In this document: positions 21,670-31,385 of the stretch, one piece after another
How the letters are laid out: the number at the start of each line of letters is the position of its first letter
Position numbering within the stretch: position 1 is the first letter of the stretch
Translations under genes and position numbers: made by a program
Notes under the pieces: generated by a model
The model's input: only the letters and a program-made list of their open reading frames with translations
Database searches by the model: none
Told to the model about the DNA's origin: nothing
NCBI GenBank assembly: GCA_965371515.1
Contig: CBDUYR010000010.1
Span: 1 to 64,000, forward strand
Direction: 5' to 3'
Length of the DNA: 64,000 bases
From: an uncultured bacterium
GTDB taxonomy: Bacteria > Krumholzibacteriota > Krumholzibacteriia > Krumholzibacteriales > Krumholzibacteriaceae

Positions 21670-23508
21670 GTGGTGTATGACGTGATTGTAGCGGGCGGAG
21701 GGCACGCGGGGTGCGAGGCGGCTCTGGCCTGTGCCAGGATGGGCGTGACAACTCTGCTCGTCACGATCAGGCGGGGCGACATCGCCCGCATGCCCTGCAA
21801 TCCGGCGATCGGAGGGCTGGCCAAGGGACAGCTCGTCAGGGAGATCGACGCGCTGGGCGGGGAGATGGGACTATGTATAGATCATGCGGGGATACAATTC
21901 AGGATGCTCAACCGGGCGAAGGGGCCCGCGGTATGGTCGCCGAGGGCGCAGGCGGACAAAGCGGCATATCACGAGAGGATGATAAGCGCCATAGAGGCGG
22001 AGGAGTGCCTCGATCTGCTGGAGGCCGAGATAACAGGCCTGGCGATGGCCGACGGATCTGTGACAGGGGTGGTGACAGCGGACGGCAGGGAGCTGCCGGC
22101 GAAAAAGGTCATCCTGGCACTTGGGACATTCCCGAACGGCCTTATGCATATAGGGGAGAAGCAGATACCGGGAGGAAGGGAGGGAGAGCCGCCCTCGTGC
22201 AGGCTCTCGGACTGGCTATCCGGAGCGGGGATTGAGAGGGAGAGGCTGAAGACGGGAACGCCCCCGAGGCTGGTGAAGGGATCGATCGATTTTTCGAGAT
22301 GCGAGGTTCAGCCCGGCGACGAGGAACCGTCTCCGTTCTCATTCAGGACAGGGAGGCTCGTAGTCGAGCAGATTCCCTGCCACATAACATGGACGGGGGA
22401 GAAGACACACGCGATCATCAACGCAAACATCCACCGCGCACCGCTCTTCTCCGGACAGATCAAGGGGGTGGGTCCGAGATACTGCCCCTCGATAGAGGAC
22501 AAGGTAGTGAGGTTTTCGGAAAAGCCGAGACACCAGATATTCCTCGAGCCGGAGGGAAGGGATTCGGAAGAGATCTACGTGAACGGCCTTTCGACGAGCC
22601 TTCCCGCAGATGTGCAGCTGAAAATGGTGAGATCTGTGCCTGGCCTCGAGGGAGCGGAAATCGCAAGATACGGGTACGCAATAGAATACGACTACTTCCC
22701 TCCACACCAGATACACTCGACAATGGAGTCGAAAAAGATCGCAGGCCTCTATTTCGCCGGACAGGTCAACGGGACGTCGGGATATGAGGAGGCGGCGGCT
22801 CAGGGCCTGATCGCCGGGATCAACGCTGCCCTCGCGCTGCACGGACGCGGCTCGTTCGTTCCGGGGAGGAGCGAGGCATATATCGGCGTACTGATCGACG
22901 ACCTGGTTACGAAGGAGATAAGAGAGCCATACAGGATGTTCACATCGAGGGCCGAATACAGACTCTCGCTAAGGCAGGACAACGCCGACGAGAGGCTGTT
23001 GAGATACGCGGCGCGATTCGGGCTTCTGCCGCACGGGCAATGGGAGCGGATGATAGCGGCAAGAAAATCGATCCAGCGCGCCAGAAGGAGACTGGAGGCC
23101 GAGAATGTGACCGCAGGGGAAGCAGGGACCGTGCGTGCCGCACGGCTGCTGCAGAGGCCCGGCGTGAGTATAGACGACATCGAGCCGCTTCTGACTGCCG
23201 GACCGCTCGATCTAGGGAAGAGGGAGAGGGAATCCCTCGAGATCGATCTGAAATACCGGGGATATATACGCAGACAGGCAAGGACCGCCGAAAAGCTCAA
23301 GAGGATGGAACGCAGACGGATCCCGGACGATTTCGCGTATGGAGAGATCGAGGCGCTCAGTGCCGAGGCGAGGGAGAAGCTCGGGAAGTTCCGGCCGGAG
23401 ACCCTCGGGAAGGCGGCAAGGCTCGCCGGAGTAAGGGTCTCGGATGTCTCTGTGCTGATGGTCTTCCTGGAGAAGGCCGGGGCCTGGAGGGATGCAGATG
23501 ACAGGTAA
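21670..23508 (+). CDS. mnmG: tRNA U34 modification enzyme MnmG (GidA)
   Basis: GGGHAGCEAA, CNPAIGG, GPRYCPSIEDK and GQVNGTSGYEEAAAQG. Confidence 0.97.
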   Translation: MVYDVIVAGGGHAGCEAALACARMGVTTLLVTIRRGDIARMPCNPAIGGLAKGQLVREIDALGGEMGLCIDHAGIQFRMLNRAKGPAVWSPRAQADKAAYHERMISAIEAEECLDLLEAEITGLAMADGSVTGVVTADGRELPAKKVILALGTFPNGLMHIGEKQIPGGREGEPPSCRLSDWLSGAGIERERLKTGTPPRLVKGSIDFSRCEVQPGDEEPSPFSFRTGRLVVEQIPCHITWTGEKTHAIINANIHRAPLFSGQIKGVGPRYCPSIEDKVVRFSEKPRHQIFLEPEGRDSEEIYVNGLSTSLPADVQLKMVRSVPGLEGAEIARYGYAIEYDYFPPHQIHSTMESKKIAGLYFAGQVNGTSGYEEAAAQGLIAGINAALALHGRGSFVPGRSEAYIGVLIDDLVTKEIREPYRMFTSRAEYRLSLRQDNADERLLRYAARFGLLPHGQWERMIAARKSIQRARRRLEAENVTAGEAGTVRAARLLQRPGVSIDDIEPLLTAGPLDLGKRERESLEIDLKYRGYIRRQARTAEKLKRMERRRIPDDFAYGEIEALSAEAREKLGKFRPETLGKAARLAGVRVSDVSVLMVFLEKAGAWRDADDR

Positions 23509-24109
23509 AGCCGACGAGGCATGGGGACGGGTGCTGGAAGAGCTCGGGGAGACGAGGGCCCCCGAGAGGCTCAGGGCCTATGTGGACGAGCTGGTAAAGT
23601 GGGGCGAGCGGATACACCTGACAGGCAGGGAGAGGATGGCCGATGCGATTGCCGCACAGATCTCCGATTCGATTATCATGCTCGGGCTGGCAGGGGGAGG
23701 GTCGGATATCGCAGACATAGGGGCGGGCGCCGGATTTCCGGGGATAGTCTGGAAGCTCGCGAGACCTCACTGGGATGTCGTCCTGTTCGAGAGGAAGGAG
23801 CGCCTCGCGTCGTTTTTGTCGCGGACGACAGCCCTTCTCGGTCTGGAAGGGATTTCGGTGAGGGCCGAGGACGCAGCGCTTTATCCGGAAGCGGATAGAT
23901 TCGATGTCGTAACGTCAAAGGCGGCGGGGCGGCTCGACGAAATACTCCCGATCGCAGGCAGGATGCTGAGGAAGGGCGGAATATACGTGACCGTAAAAGG
24001 CGAGGGCTGGGAAGTGGAGCTCGAAGGGGTGTCCGCGGGCTTTTCACCGGGGGAAAGGGCTCCCCTGAGAGGAAAGAGGGGAGAGGCGATCGCCTTCATC
24101 CTCGATTGA
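23498..24109 (+). CDS. rsmG: 16S rRNA m7G527 methyltransferase RsmG (GidB)
   Basis: DIGAGAGFPG SAM motif; follows mnmG; ATG 23498 is 7 nt after GGAGG. Confidence 0.88.
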   Translation: MTGKADEAWGRVLEELGETRAPERLRAYVDELVKWGERIHLTGRERMADAIAAQISDSIIMLGLAGGGSDIADIGAGAGFPGIVWKLARPHWDVVLFERKERLASFLSRTTALLGLEGISVRAEDAALYPEADRFDVVTSKAAGRLDEILPIAGRMLRKGGIYVTVKGEGWEVELEGVSAGFSPGERAPLRGKRGEAIAFILD

Positions 24110-24119
24110 TGGGAGGTGG

Positions 24120-24135
24120 TGTTTCACGTGAAACA
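24120..24135. promoter_or_regulatory. parS: parS site 1
   Basis: Perfect consensus TGTTTCACGTGAAACA. Confidence 0.95.
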
Positions 24136-24143
24136 CCGGTGGC

Positions 24144-24159
24144 CGTTTCACGTGAAACG
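24144..24159. promoter_or_regulatory. parS: parS site 2
   Basis: Palindrome CGTTTCACGTGAAACG, 24 bp centre-to-centre from site 1. Confidence 0.92.
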
Positions 24160-24190
24160 GAGGATTCCTTGAGAAACCCCGATTTTTTCA

Positions 24191-24219
24191 TTGATTTAGT
24201 TCTGCGCGATTCATATAAT
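24191..24219 (+). promoter_or_regulatory. sigma70 promoter for lipoprotein-parAB
   Basis: TTGATT-17 nt-TATAAT. Confidence 0.7.
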
Positions 24220-24255
24220 CCCGCAAGCCCCACAAGATTACTCCAGGAGGCACTC

Positions 24256-25470
24256 ATGCGAGCCAAGTTTGTTTGTGTTATGGTGTTAACGTTCTTTTCC
24301 ACAATCCTTGCGACTGTTTCCGGCTGCGACGATTCCCTCGATTTCAACAATACACCGCCGAGCGGTCTTGCAATCACCAGGGACAAGTGCTATCTCGGGC
24401 CGAACGACGCGGTCACATTGACCGGCCAGGCAACCGACAACGACGGCGATGAGATCAGCTACAGCTGGACCGCGGAGACTGGCACACTCACGCCGGCCGA
24501 CGGCCAGGGCCAGGTCGTCATCTGGCGGGCGCCGGACAGCCACGGGACATACAGGGTCGTCCTGAAGGTTACCGACGAGCTCGACTACACGTCGAAGGGG
24601 ATCGACCTCGACGTCGGGAGAAATCTCGACGATCTTCACGGCGACGCAGTAATTCTCGATCAGACCGACTACGCCTACGTCGTGCCGAACGACGGACTTC
24701 TTAATATCAGCGGACTCAGTACAGTCACCATAGAAGCCGGCGTGACGGTCGTGTTCAACGAGGGGACCGGCGGCTTCGGCGTCGCGGGTACGCTTGTCAT
24801 CAACGGGACGGCGCAGGACAGGGTCCTGCTTATGCCGAACAAATGTCCCGGCGAGGACCGCCCCTGGAAGGGGATCACATTCAGCGGTGCCCAGGCAGTC
24901 GGCAATTTGAACTACGTTACGATAACGTCCTCTGCCGACGGTTTAGATGTTGAGGATGGAGCAATCGTGACCGCGGATAACATCATCGTCGACCAGACAA
25001 CCGGTGATGGCGTATCCGTGAATTCAGGCGCCAACCTCACTCTTTCGAACTCGAAGATCTGGGAAAACGGCGGTGGTATATATGTTGAAAACGGAATACT
25101 GCTGCTTCAAGGCTCAACGATTAGATACAATGGTAATTACGGGTTCTCGATGATAGAAAATATTGGGCCGTTCGACGTCGCCGTTGATAGCTGCGTTGTC
25201 GCGAACAACGACCAGTACGGATTCGTGATGGCGATGGAGGCAAACCCTGTGATCAACAACTGCTCGATATTTCTCAACGGCCCGGACGGGGTGGCTGGCC
25301 GCACGCTGATGCTTTCAACGGGCTACACGAACACGGACCCCATAGACATGACGGGAAACTGCTGGAGAGTGACGACGGCCCCCGAGATCGAGAGCCAGAT
25401 AAACAAAAACGGAGCAGCGGTAACGGTAGACTTTTCGGGCTGGCTTGAAGAGCCACCGGTAAAAGACTGA
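24256..25470 (+). CDS. Lipoprotein with Ig/PKD-like domain and right-handed parallel beta-helix
   Basis: ATG 24256 after AGGAGG; lipobox [18 protein letters not shown]g-like segment; Asn/Gly-rich beta-helix repeats. Confidence 0.75.
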   Translation: MRAKFVCVMVLTFFSTILATVSGCDDSLDFNNTPPSGLAITRDKCYLGPNDAVTLTGQATDNDGDEISYSWTAETGTLTPADGQGQVVIWRAPDSHGTYRVVLKVTDELDYTSKGIDLDVGRNLDDLHGDAVILDQTDYAYVVPNDGLLNISGLSTVTIEAGVTVVFNEGTGGFGVAGTLVINGTAQDRVLLMPNKCPGEDRPWKGITFSGAQAVGNLNYVTITSSADGLDVEDGAIVTADNIIVDQTTGDGVSVNSGANLTLSNSKIWENGGGIYVENGILLLQGSTIRYNGNYGFSMIENIGPFDVAVDSCVVANNDQYGFVMAMEANPVINNCSIFLNGPDGVAGRTLMLSTGYTNTDPIDMTGNCWRVTTAPEIESQINKNGAAVTVDFSGWLEEPPVKD

Positions 25471-25495
25471 AGAAAGCGGGAAGAACGGGAGAGGA

Positions 25496-26323
25496 ATGGG
25501 AAAGATAATAGCGATCGCCAATCAGAAGGGCGGCGTTGGAAAGACGACGACAGCGGTGAATCTCAGCGCCAGTCTCGGGGCTGCCGAGAAAAAGGTCCTG
25601 CTGGTCGACGCGGATCCTCAGGCAAACGCGAGCAGCGGACTTGGTGTGAGGTTATCCGAAGAAGAGGATACGATCTACGAGGTCCTGATCGGCGAAGCAC
25701 TGGCGAAGGACATAATAATAGACGCAGGCCTTGTGGACCTGCTCCCGTCTCATCCGAAGCTGAGCGGCGCGGAGATAGAGCTCGTCTCGCAGATAGCGAG
25801 GGAGCAGAAGCTCAAGACCGCGCTGGCCGGCGTGACCGGCGACTACGATTTCGTCATCATCGACTGCCCCCCCAGCCTCGGCCTGATCACGCTCAATACG
25901 CTGACGGCGGCAGACTCGATCCTGATACCGATACAGTGCGAATACTATGCGCTCGAAGGGCTCAGCCAGCTTCTGGGGACGATCAGGATGGTACAGAAGC
26001 ACCTCAACCCCGACCTCAGGATAGAGGGAGTGCTGCTGACGATGTTCGACAAGAGGCTGCGTCTCGCCGGGCAGGTCGCAGACGAGGCGATCTCGTACTT
26101 CGGCGAAAAGGTATACGACAACATAATACCCAGGAACGTAAGGCTCAGCGAGTGCCCGAGCTTCGGCAAGCCGGTAATACTCTACGACGTTCAGAGCAAG
26201 GGGGCGAAGAGCTACCTGAAGCTGGCCCTCGAGGTGATCGAAAAACAGGACGGGCAGAAAGAGAAGAAGAGTTCCCGGAGAGGCCGCCCGAAAAAGGAAG
26301 CGGTAGTGGGGGGAGGCGCCTGA
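25496..26323 (+). CDS. parA: Chromosome partitioning ATPase ParA/Soj
   Basis: [25 protein letters not shown] and QCEYYALEG. Confidence 0.96.
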   Translation: MGKIIAIANQKGGVGKTTTAVNLSASLGAAEKKVLLVDADPQANASSGLGVRLSEEEDTIYEVLIGEALAKDIIIDAGLVDLLPSHPKLSGAEIELVSQIAREQKLKTALAGVTGDYDFVIIDCPPSLGLITLNTLTAADSILIPIQCEYYALEGLSQLLGTIRMVQKHLNPDLRIEGVLLTMFDKRLRLAGQVADEAISYFGEKVYDNIIPRNVRLSECPSFGKPVILYDVQSKGAKSYLKLALEVIEKQDGQKEKKSSRRGRPKKEAVVGGGA

Positions 26324-26324
26324 C

Positions 26325-27176
26325 ATGAAGAAGGAAGTCCTGGGCAGGGGGCTAGAGGCCCTTCTCTCCCCCGACCTGAAGGAAAGCGTTTCCGAGACTG
26401 AGAGGATCAAGGAGCTCGGGCTTGACAGCATCGACGCCAATCCGTACCAGCCGCGCGAGCGATTCGACGACGAACATCTAGGCGAGCTCGCCGAGTCGAT
26501 CAAAAAACACGGAGTGCTGCAACCGGTAGTGGTGCGCAGGGCAGGCGGGAGATATCAGCTCGTAGTCGGAGAGAGAAGACTGCGAGCGTCGAAGATGGCC
26601 GGCAAGACGACGATCCCTGCCATAGTCAGGGAGATAGGCGACGACGACTCGCTGAAGTTCGCACTGCTGGAGAACCTCCAGCGCGAGGATCTGACGCCGG
26701 TCGAGGAGGCCCGGGGATACGCCGCACTCAGGGAAGAGTTCGGGCTTTCCGTAAAGGATGTCGCCGGGATACTCGGCAAGGAAAGGAGCACGGTGGCCAA
26801 TACGCTCAGGCTGCTGAAGCTGCCGAAACGGGTGATAGAGCTGCTCGAGCAGGGCAGGTTGACGGCGGGGCACGCCAGGGCGATACTGTCCGTCGAGGGT
26901 GAGGCCCGGCAGATCGAGTGGGCCGAGAGGGTTGTATCGCAGGGATATACCGTTCGCGATATCGAGGAGGCCGCGCCTGCGAAAAAGGACAGGAAGAAAA
27001 GGCGAAGAAAGATCGATCCCGAACTCGCCGCCATAGAGGAGCGGGTCGAGCTGAGGCTCGGTACGAGGGTGAGGATCGTGCCGCGACGAAAAGGCGGCGT
27101 GATATCGATAGATTATTATTCGATCGGGGAACTGGAGGCGATACTGGAGAAGATGGGGGTGGATACGGAGATGTAG
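26325..27176 (+). CDS. parB: Chromosome partitioning protein ParB/Spo0J
   Basis: LGRGL, NPYQPR, GERR, ENLQREDL and RSTVANTLRLL. Confidence 0.96.
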   Translation: MKKEVLGRGLEALLSPDLKESVSETERIKELGLDSIDANPYQPRERFDDEHLGELAESIKKHGVLQPVVVRRAGGRYQLVVGERRLRASKMAGKTTIPAIVREIGDDDSLKFALLENLQREDLTPVEEARGYAALREEFGLSVKDVAGILGKERSTVANTLRLLKLPKRVIELLEQGRLTAGHARAILSVEGEARQIEWAERVVSQGYTVRDIEEAAPAKKDRKKRRRKIDPELAAIEERVELRLGTRVRIVPRRKGGVISIDYYSIGELEAILEKMGVDTEM

Positions 27177-27209
27177 CCGGCCGGGAAGGCGCGTCCTCCG
27201 TGGACAGGG

Positions 27210-27989
27210 ATGAAGAGGGATACATTTACCGTCATCGTCGTTCCGCACGATCCGCAGAGGACGAGGAACTACAAGATCCAGTACCGGCTCTTCTACATCT
27301 TCATCGCCTTCGGTTGCATCGGCATCGCGGCGGTGATCGTCTTCATGACCACGCATGTCAGGTTGCTGATGAAGGCGAGAGAGGCGGTAGTCCTGGCCGG
27401 GCAGGTAGAGGAGCTGACCAGGGAAAACGAACAGATCGGCGAGATAATGCGCAACCTTTCGGAGCTCCACGCGATGGACATGAAGGTAAGGCAGATGCTC
27501 GGCGTGGACATGGCGGAAGAAGACAGTCTTGCCATGAGCAGGACGCAGGAACCAGGCGGGCTGACTGACAGGGAGGTGCAGAGCGAGAAGGAACAGATGC
27601 TGAGATCGATTCCCAGTTTCTGGCCGGTGCGCGGGTATATAACGAAGTCGTACCACATGACGGGCGGGGCCGGCGATGCGGATTACCACGCTGGTATCGA
27701 CATAGGCGTCGAAAGGGGGACGCCTGTCAGGTCGGCGGCTTCGGGCTACATCACCGAGGCGGGCTGGGACGACACGTATGGATACTTTGTCCGGATCGAT
27801 CACGGCTATGGGATAAAAACACTTTACGGACACAACGACAGACTGGTAGTAATGAGGGGCGAAAGAGTCGGCAGGGGGCAGACGATCGCGTATTCCGGCA
27901 ATACCGGGAGAAGTTCGGCGCCACACCTGCACTTCGAGGTGACACAGGACAACGTTAATGTAGATCCGTTGAAATACCTGTTGAAATAA
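27210..27989 (+). CDS. M23 family metallopeptidase with N-terminal TM and coiled coil
   Basis: HAGID, YGH and GRSSAPHLHFE motifs. Confidence 0.92.
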   Translation: MKRDTFTVIVVPHDPQRTRNYKIQYRLFYIFIAFGCIGIAAVIVFMTTHVRLLMKAREAVVLAGQVEELTRENEQIGEIMRNLSELHAMDMKVRQMLGVDMAEEDSLAMSRTQEPGGLTDREVQSEKEQMLRSIPSFWPVRGYITKSYHMTGGAGDADYHAGIDIGVERGTPVRSAASGYITEAGWDDTYGYFVRIDHGYGIKTLYGHNDRLVVMRGERVGRGQTIAYSGNTGRSSAPHLHFEVTQDNVNVDPLKYLLK

Positions 27990-28001
27990 AGGCGGACTGC
28001 G

Positions 28002-28475
28002 ATGAAAAAGACAGCGAAGAAGGGCCTCGCAATGTTCGGGAAAGAAGGTGAGAGCATGGCTGACGAAGGAAAGATGAATTCGATTATCGGCAAGGGATGC
28101 AAAGTAACGGGGACGATAGACGTTCAGGACGGCACCCTGAGGATCGACGGAGAGTTCGACGGCAACGTCAACTGCCCCGGAGGTACACTGGTGATCGGCA
28201 AGGGTGGAATGGTAAAGGCGGATATCAAGGTATCGAGCGCCGTGGTCGGTGGAACGGTTCATGGGAATATCGACGCGCGCGAGAAGATCGAACTCCAGGC
28301 CGGATCACGGCTCGAGGGCGACATCAAGACGAGAAGGCTCGTCATAGACGAGGGAGTCTTCTTCGAGGGTTCGTGCAAGATGAGTCCGGATGGTAAGCAT
28401 ATCTCGACCCCGCCCGCTCCTCAGCCTGAGGCGAAGAAGGACGAGAAGGAAAAGACAAGCGCCTGGAGCAAGTAG
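28002..28475 (+). CDS. Bactofilin (polymer-forming cytoskeletal protein)
   Basis: SIIGKG..VTG.I, LRIDGEFDG, GTVHGNIDA and LVIDEGVFFEGSC; start may be 28032. Confidence 0.9.
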   Translation: MKKTAKKGLAMFGKEGESMADEGKMNSIIGKGCKVTGTIDVQDGTLRIDGEFDGNVNCPGGTLVIGKGGMVKADIKVSSAVVGGTVHGNIDAREKIELQAGSRLEGDIKTRRLVIDEGVFFEGSCKMSPDGKHISTPPAPQPEAKKDEKEKTSAWSK

Positions 28476-28561
28476 CGCTTCCGGCACCGGAGCCCGGCAC
28501 GACTTCACGCGAAACGGGCGGGATGGATCCCGCCCGATGCGGTGGAAATATATATGGAAAT

Positions 28562-28592
28562 AAAAGGGGGGCGCTCAGTGCGCCCCCCTTTT
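28562..28592. terminator. Bidirectional intrinsic terminator (bactofilin/hsp20)
   Basis: AAAAGGGGGGCGC-TCAGT-GCGCCCCCCTTTT; a second hairpin lies at 28515-28536. Confidence 0.85.
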
Positions 28593-28615
28593 CCGACGAT
28601 TGAAGTGGCCCGCGC

Positions 28616-29038
28616 CTACTTCACTTCGATCTTGATCTCTTTCGGCTTCTCCGGCGCTGCCCTGGGAATGGCCAGCCTCAGGATACCGTCCGTGTACTCT
28701 GCCTCGATGTTATCGGTCGTCACGTTCTCGGGGAGAGTGAAGGCTCTCTGGAAGGTGCCGTAGCTCCTCTCGCAGATGTGGTAGTTCGTATCATCCTTTT
28801 CCTTCTCGAGCTTCCTCTCGCCCTTGATCGTCAGGACGTTGTCCCGGACCTCGATATCGATATCTTCCTTCTTTATTCCGGGGACTTCCGCTGTGATTTC
28901 GAACCTGTCCTCCAGCTCTTCGACGTTGATCCTCGGGGTCCAGTCGAAATTCTCGAGATCCATCTCCCACCGCTTCAGCCCTAAGTAATCGTTATATACA
29001 GGCATTCCGGTCCCCGGCCTCCATCTTACGAGTCTCAT
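28616..29038 (-). CDS. Hsp20/alpha-crystallin small heat shock protein
   Basis: AEVPGIKKEDI, LTIKGER, ERSYGTFQRAFTLP and AEYTDGIL; ATG 29038 after AGGAGG. Confidence 0.93.
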   Translation of the reverse strand: MRLVRWRPGTGMPVYNDYLGLKRWEMDLENFDWTPRINVEELEDRFEITAEVPGIKKEDIDIEVRDNVLTIKGERKLEKEKDDTNYHICERSYGTFQRAFTLPENVTTDNIEAEYTDGILRLAIPRAAPEKPKEIKIEVK

Positions 29039-29101
29039 ATCAGTGCCTCCTGTGTGTTTTTCGGATTTCTCATCCGTGCTCGTTTCCTGTCTGTTCAATA
29101 C

Positions 29102-29116
29102 GCATCTTGTGTGCCA
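29102..29116 (-). promoter_or_regulatory. sigma54 (-24/-12) promoter of hsp20
   Basis: Minus strand reads TGGCACACAAGATGC, i.e. GG-N10-GC. Confidence 0.7.
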
Positions 29117-29494
29117 GAACTGCCTGCCACGTTGTAATCATATGTTAATATATGGGATACGAGACTCGTCCGGCTCGATGGAGAGAGGTTTCGGCAGGAT
29201 GGCGAACTCATGGCATGACAATATCCTGCCAGAGAACCACTGGTGGCAGCGCCGCGACTGCCATTCTGGCAGTTGCGGGCGATCAGTCCGCAAGTTTCCG
29301 TGTTCACGCTACCTTCAGGACCGGCCGACCGGACAGGGCAGACCTCCGCAAAGGCCGAAAAACAATGGAACATATATCGTTTTTACCGTATAAAGTAATA
29401 CTGATCTATTTATTTGGTATATTGACGGAAAATGGCACCGTTCGGGCGGTGCCGGCCATTGTCGGCGGCCAGGGGGCCTGCCGAAGGAGGAAAC

Positions 29495-31378
29495 ATGAGA
29501 CGCACAGCCCTGGGTGTTCTTCTGCTTGTCGCTCTGCAGGCTCTGTCGGGGTGTTCGCAGGACGGCATCAGGAAGTACACCATAGAACAGTTCAAGAACA
29601 CGCTCGCCGTATCGGGCGGGTCTTTCTCTTACGACGAGACGAAGCTGCTGATCACCAATGACGGGACAGGGATAAGGAACGCGTGGTCGATCCCCGTAGC
29701 CGGCGGCGAGATGAGACAGCTGACATTCTCGGACGACAACTCTGTGTTTGCGCTTTCGTACTTTCCCGAAGACGACAGGTTCCTCTGCCTTGCCGACCGC
29801 GAGGGGAACGAGCTGTATCACATCTTTCTATACGACCTGGACGGGACAGTCACCGACCTGACTCCCTATTCCGGCGCACGCGCGGTCTTCTACGGATGGA
29901 CGCACGATATGGACGCGATTCTCTTCGGCTCGAACAGGAGGGACTCGAAGTTCATGGACGTCTACGTGATGGACATCGAGACGATGAAGCCGAAGATGAT
30001 CTATCTCAACGACGCCGGCTACAACTTCGGGTGGATGTCGAACGATATGAGGTACATTTCGTTGTCGAAGACGAACACCAATCACGATTCGGACATGTTC
30101 CTCTACGACCGGAAGGCTGGCGTGCTCAAACACATCACGCCTCACGACGGGGATGTCAACTACAGCCCGATGGATTTCAGCAGCGACTCGCGCCACCTCT
30201 ACTACCTCACGGACGATGGCTCGGAGTTCACCTACCTGTGCAGGCACGACATCACGGGCGGCGGGAGCGAGACGGTCGAGAGGGCCGACTGGGACATCAG
30301 CTACGCATACTTCTCGCACAACGGCCGGTACAGGGTGACTGCGATCAATAACGACGCGAGGACAGAGATCAGGGTATTCGACATGGAGAAAGGCGAGCCT
30401 GTAGCCCTTCCCGCGCTTCCCGGCGGAGTGATCACGTCGGTGGCGATATCGAAGAGCGAGAAGCTGATGAGGTTCTACGTCAACGGATCGCGTTCTCCCA
30501 ACAACCTCTACAGCTACGATTTCGGAACGGGGCAGTACATCAGGCTGACAAATACGCTCAACCCGGAGATCGATCCGGCGCACCTCGTTGACGCCGATGT
30601 GGTGAGGTACGAGTCGTTCGACGGACTCGAGATCCCCGCGATATACTACCGTCCACACAGCAGCGGGAACGGGGAAAAGATACCGGCCGTGATCTGGGTG
30701 CACGGAGGACCGGGCGGGCAGGCACGCGTCGGCTACAGCTCGTTCGTCCAGTATCTTGTCAACCACGGGTATGCAGTACTGGCCGTCAACAACAGGGGCA
30801 GCATGGGATACGGCAAGAACTTTTACGGACTCGACGACATGCGGCACGGCGAGGACGACTTGAGGGACTGCATCGAGGGGAAGAAGTGGCTCGCCGAGAC
30901 AGGGTACGTCGATCAGGAAAGAATCGCGATCGCGGGCGGAAGCTACGGCGGGTACATAGTACTGGCTGCACTGACATTTTCGCCGGAAGAGTTCGCGGCG
31001 GGCGTCGACATATTCGGGATATCGAACTGGGTCCGCACGCTGGAGAACATACCATCCTGGTGGGAGAATTACAGGAAGGCGCTTTACAGGGAGATGGGCA
31101 ACCCGGAGACAGACCGAGAGTACTTGATGAAGATCTCGCCGCTGTTCCACGCGGACAATATAGTAAGGCCGCTGATTGTACTGCAGGGCGCGAACGATCC
31201 GAGGGTCCTGAAGATAGAGTCGGACGAGATCGTCGAGGCGGCGAGAAAGAACGGCGTGGAGGTCGAGTACCTGGTCTTCGAAGACGAAGGGCACGGATTC
31301 ATGAAGAAGGAAAACCAGATCGAGGGATACAGGGCCATCCGGCTCTTCCTCGACAGGCATCTGAAAGGCGGAGATTGA
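29495..31378 (+). CDS. S9 family peptidase (prolyl oligopeptidase/acylaminoacyl peptidase-like), lipoprotein
   Basis: HGGPG, GGSYGG, GANDPRV and DEGHGF triad motifs; lipobox LSGC; ATG 29495 after AGGAGG. Confidence 0.93.
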   Translation: MRRTALGVLLLVALQALSGCSQDGIRKYTIEQFKNTLAVSGGSFSYDETKLLITNDGTGIRNAWSIPVAGGEMRQLTFSDDNSVFALSYFPEDDRFLCLADREGNELYHIFLYDLDGTVTDLTPYSGARAVFYGWTHDMDAILFGSNRRDSKFMDVYVMDIETMKPKMIYLNDAGYNFGWMSNDMRYISLSKTNTNHDSDMFLYDRKAGVLKHITPHDGDVNYSPMDFSSDSRHLYYLTDDGSEFTYLCRHDITGGGSETVERADWDISYAYFSHNGRYRVTAINNDARTEIRVFDMEKGEPVALPALPGGVITSVAISKSEKLMRFYVNGSRSPNNLYSYDFGTGQYIRLTNTLNPEIDPAHLVDADVVRYESFDGLEIPAIYYRPHSSGNGEKIPAVIWVHGGPGGQARVGYSSFVQYLVNHGYAVLAVNNRGSMGYGKNFYGLDDMRHGEDDLRDCIEGKKWLAETGYVDQERIAIAGGSYGGYIVLAALTFSPEEFAAGVDIFGISNWVRTLENIPSWWENYRKALYREMGNPETDREYLMKISPLFHADNIVRPLIVLQGANDPRVLKIESDEIVEAARKNGVEVEYLVFEDEGHGFMKKENQIEGYRAIRLFLDRHLKGGD

Positions 31379-31385
31379 GCCAGCC

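Noticed and set aside
28501..28516. Additional parS-like site GACTTCACGCGAAACG (also CGTTTCACATGGAAAA at 38652-38667)
   Set aside because: Three to five mismatches from consensus with broken symmetry; cannot be supported without ChIP data
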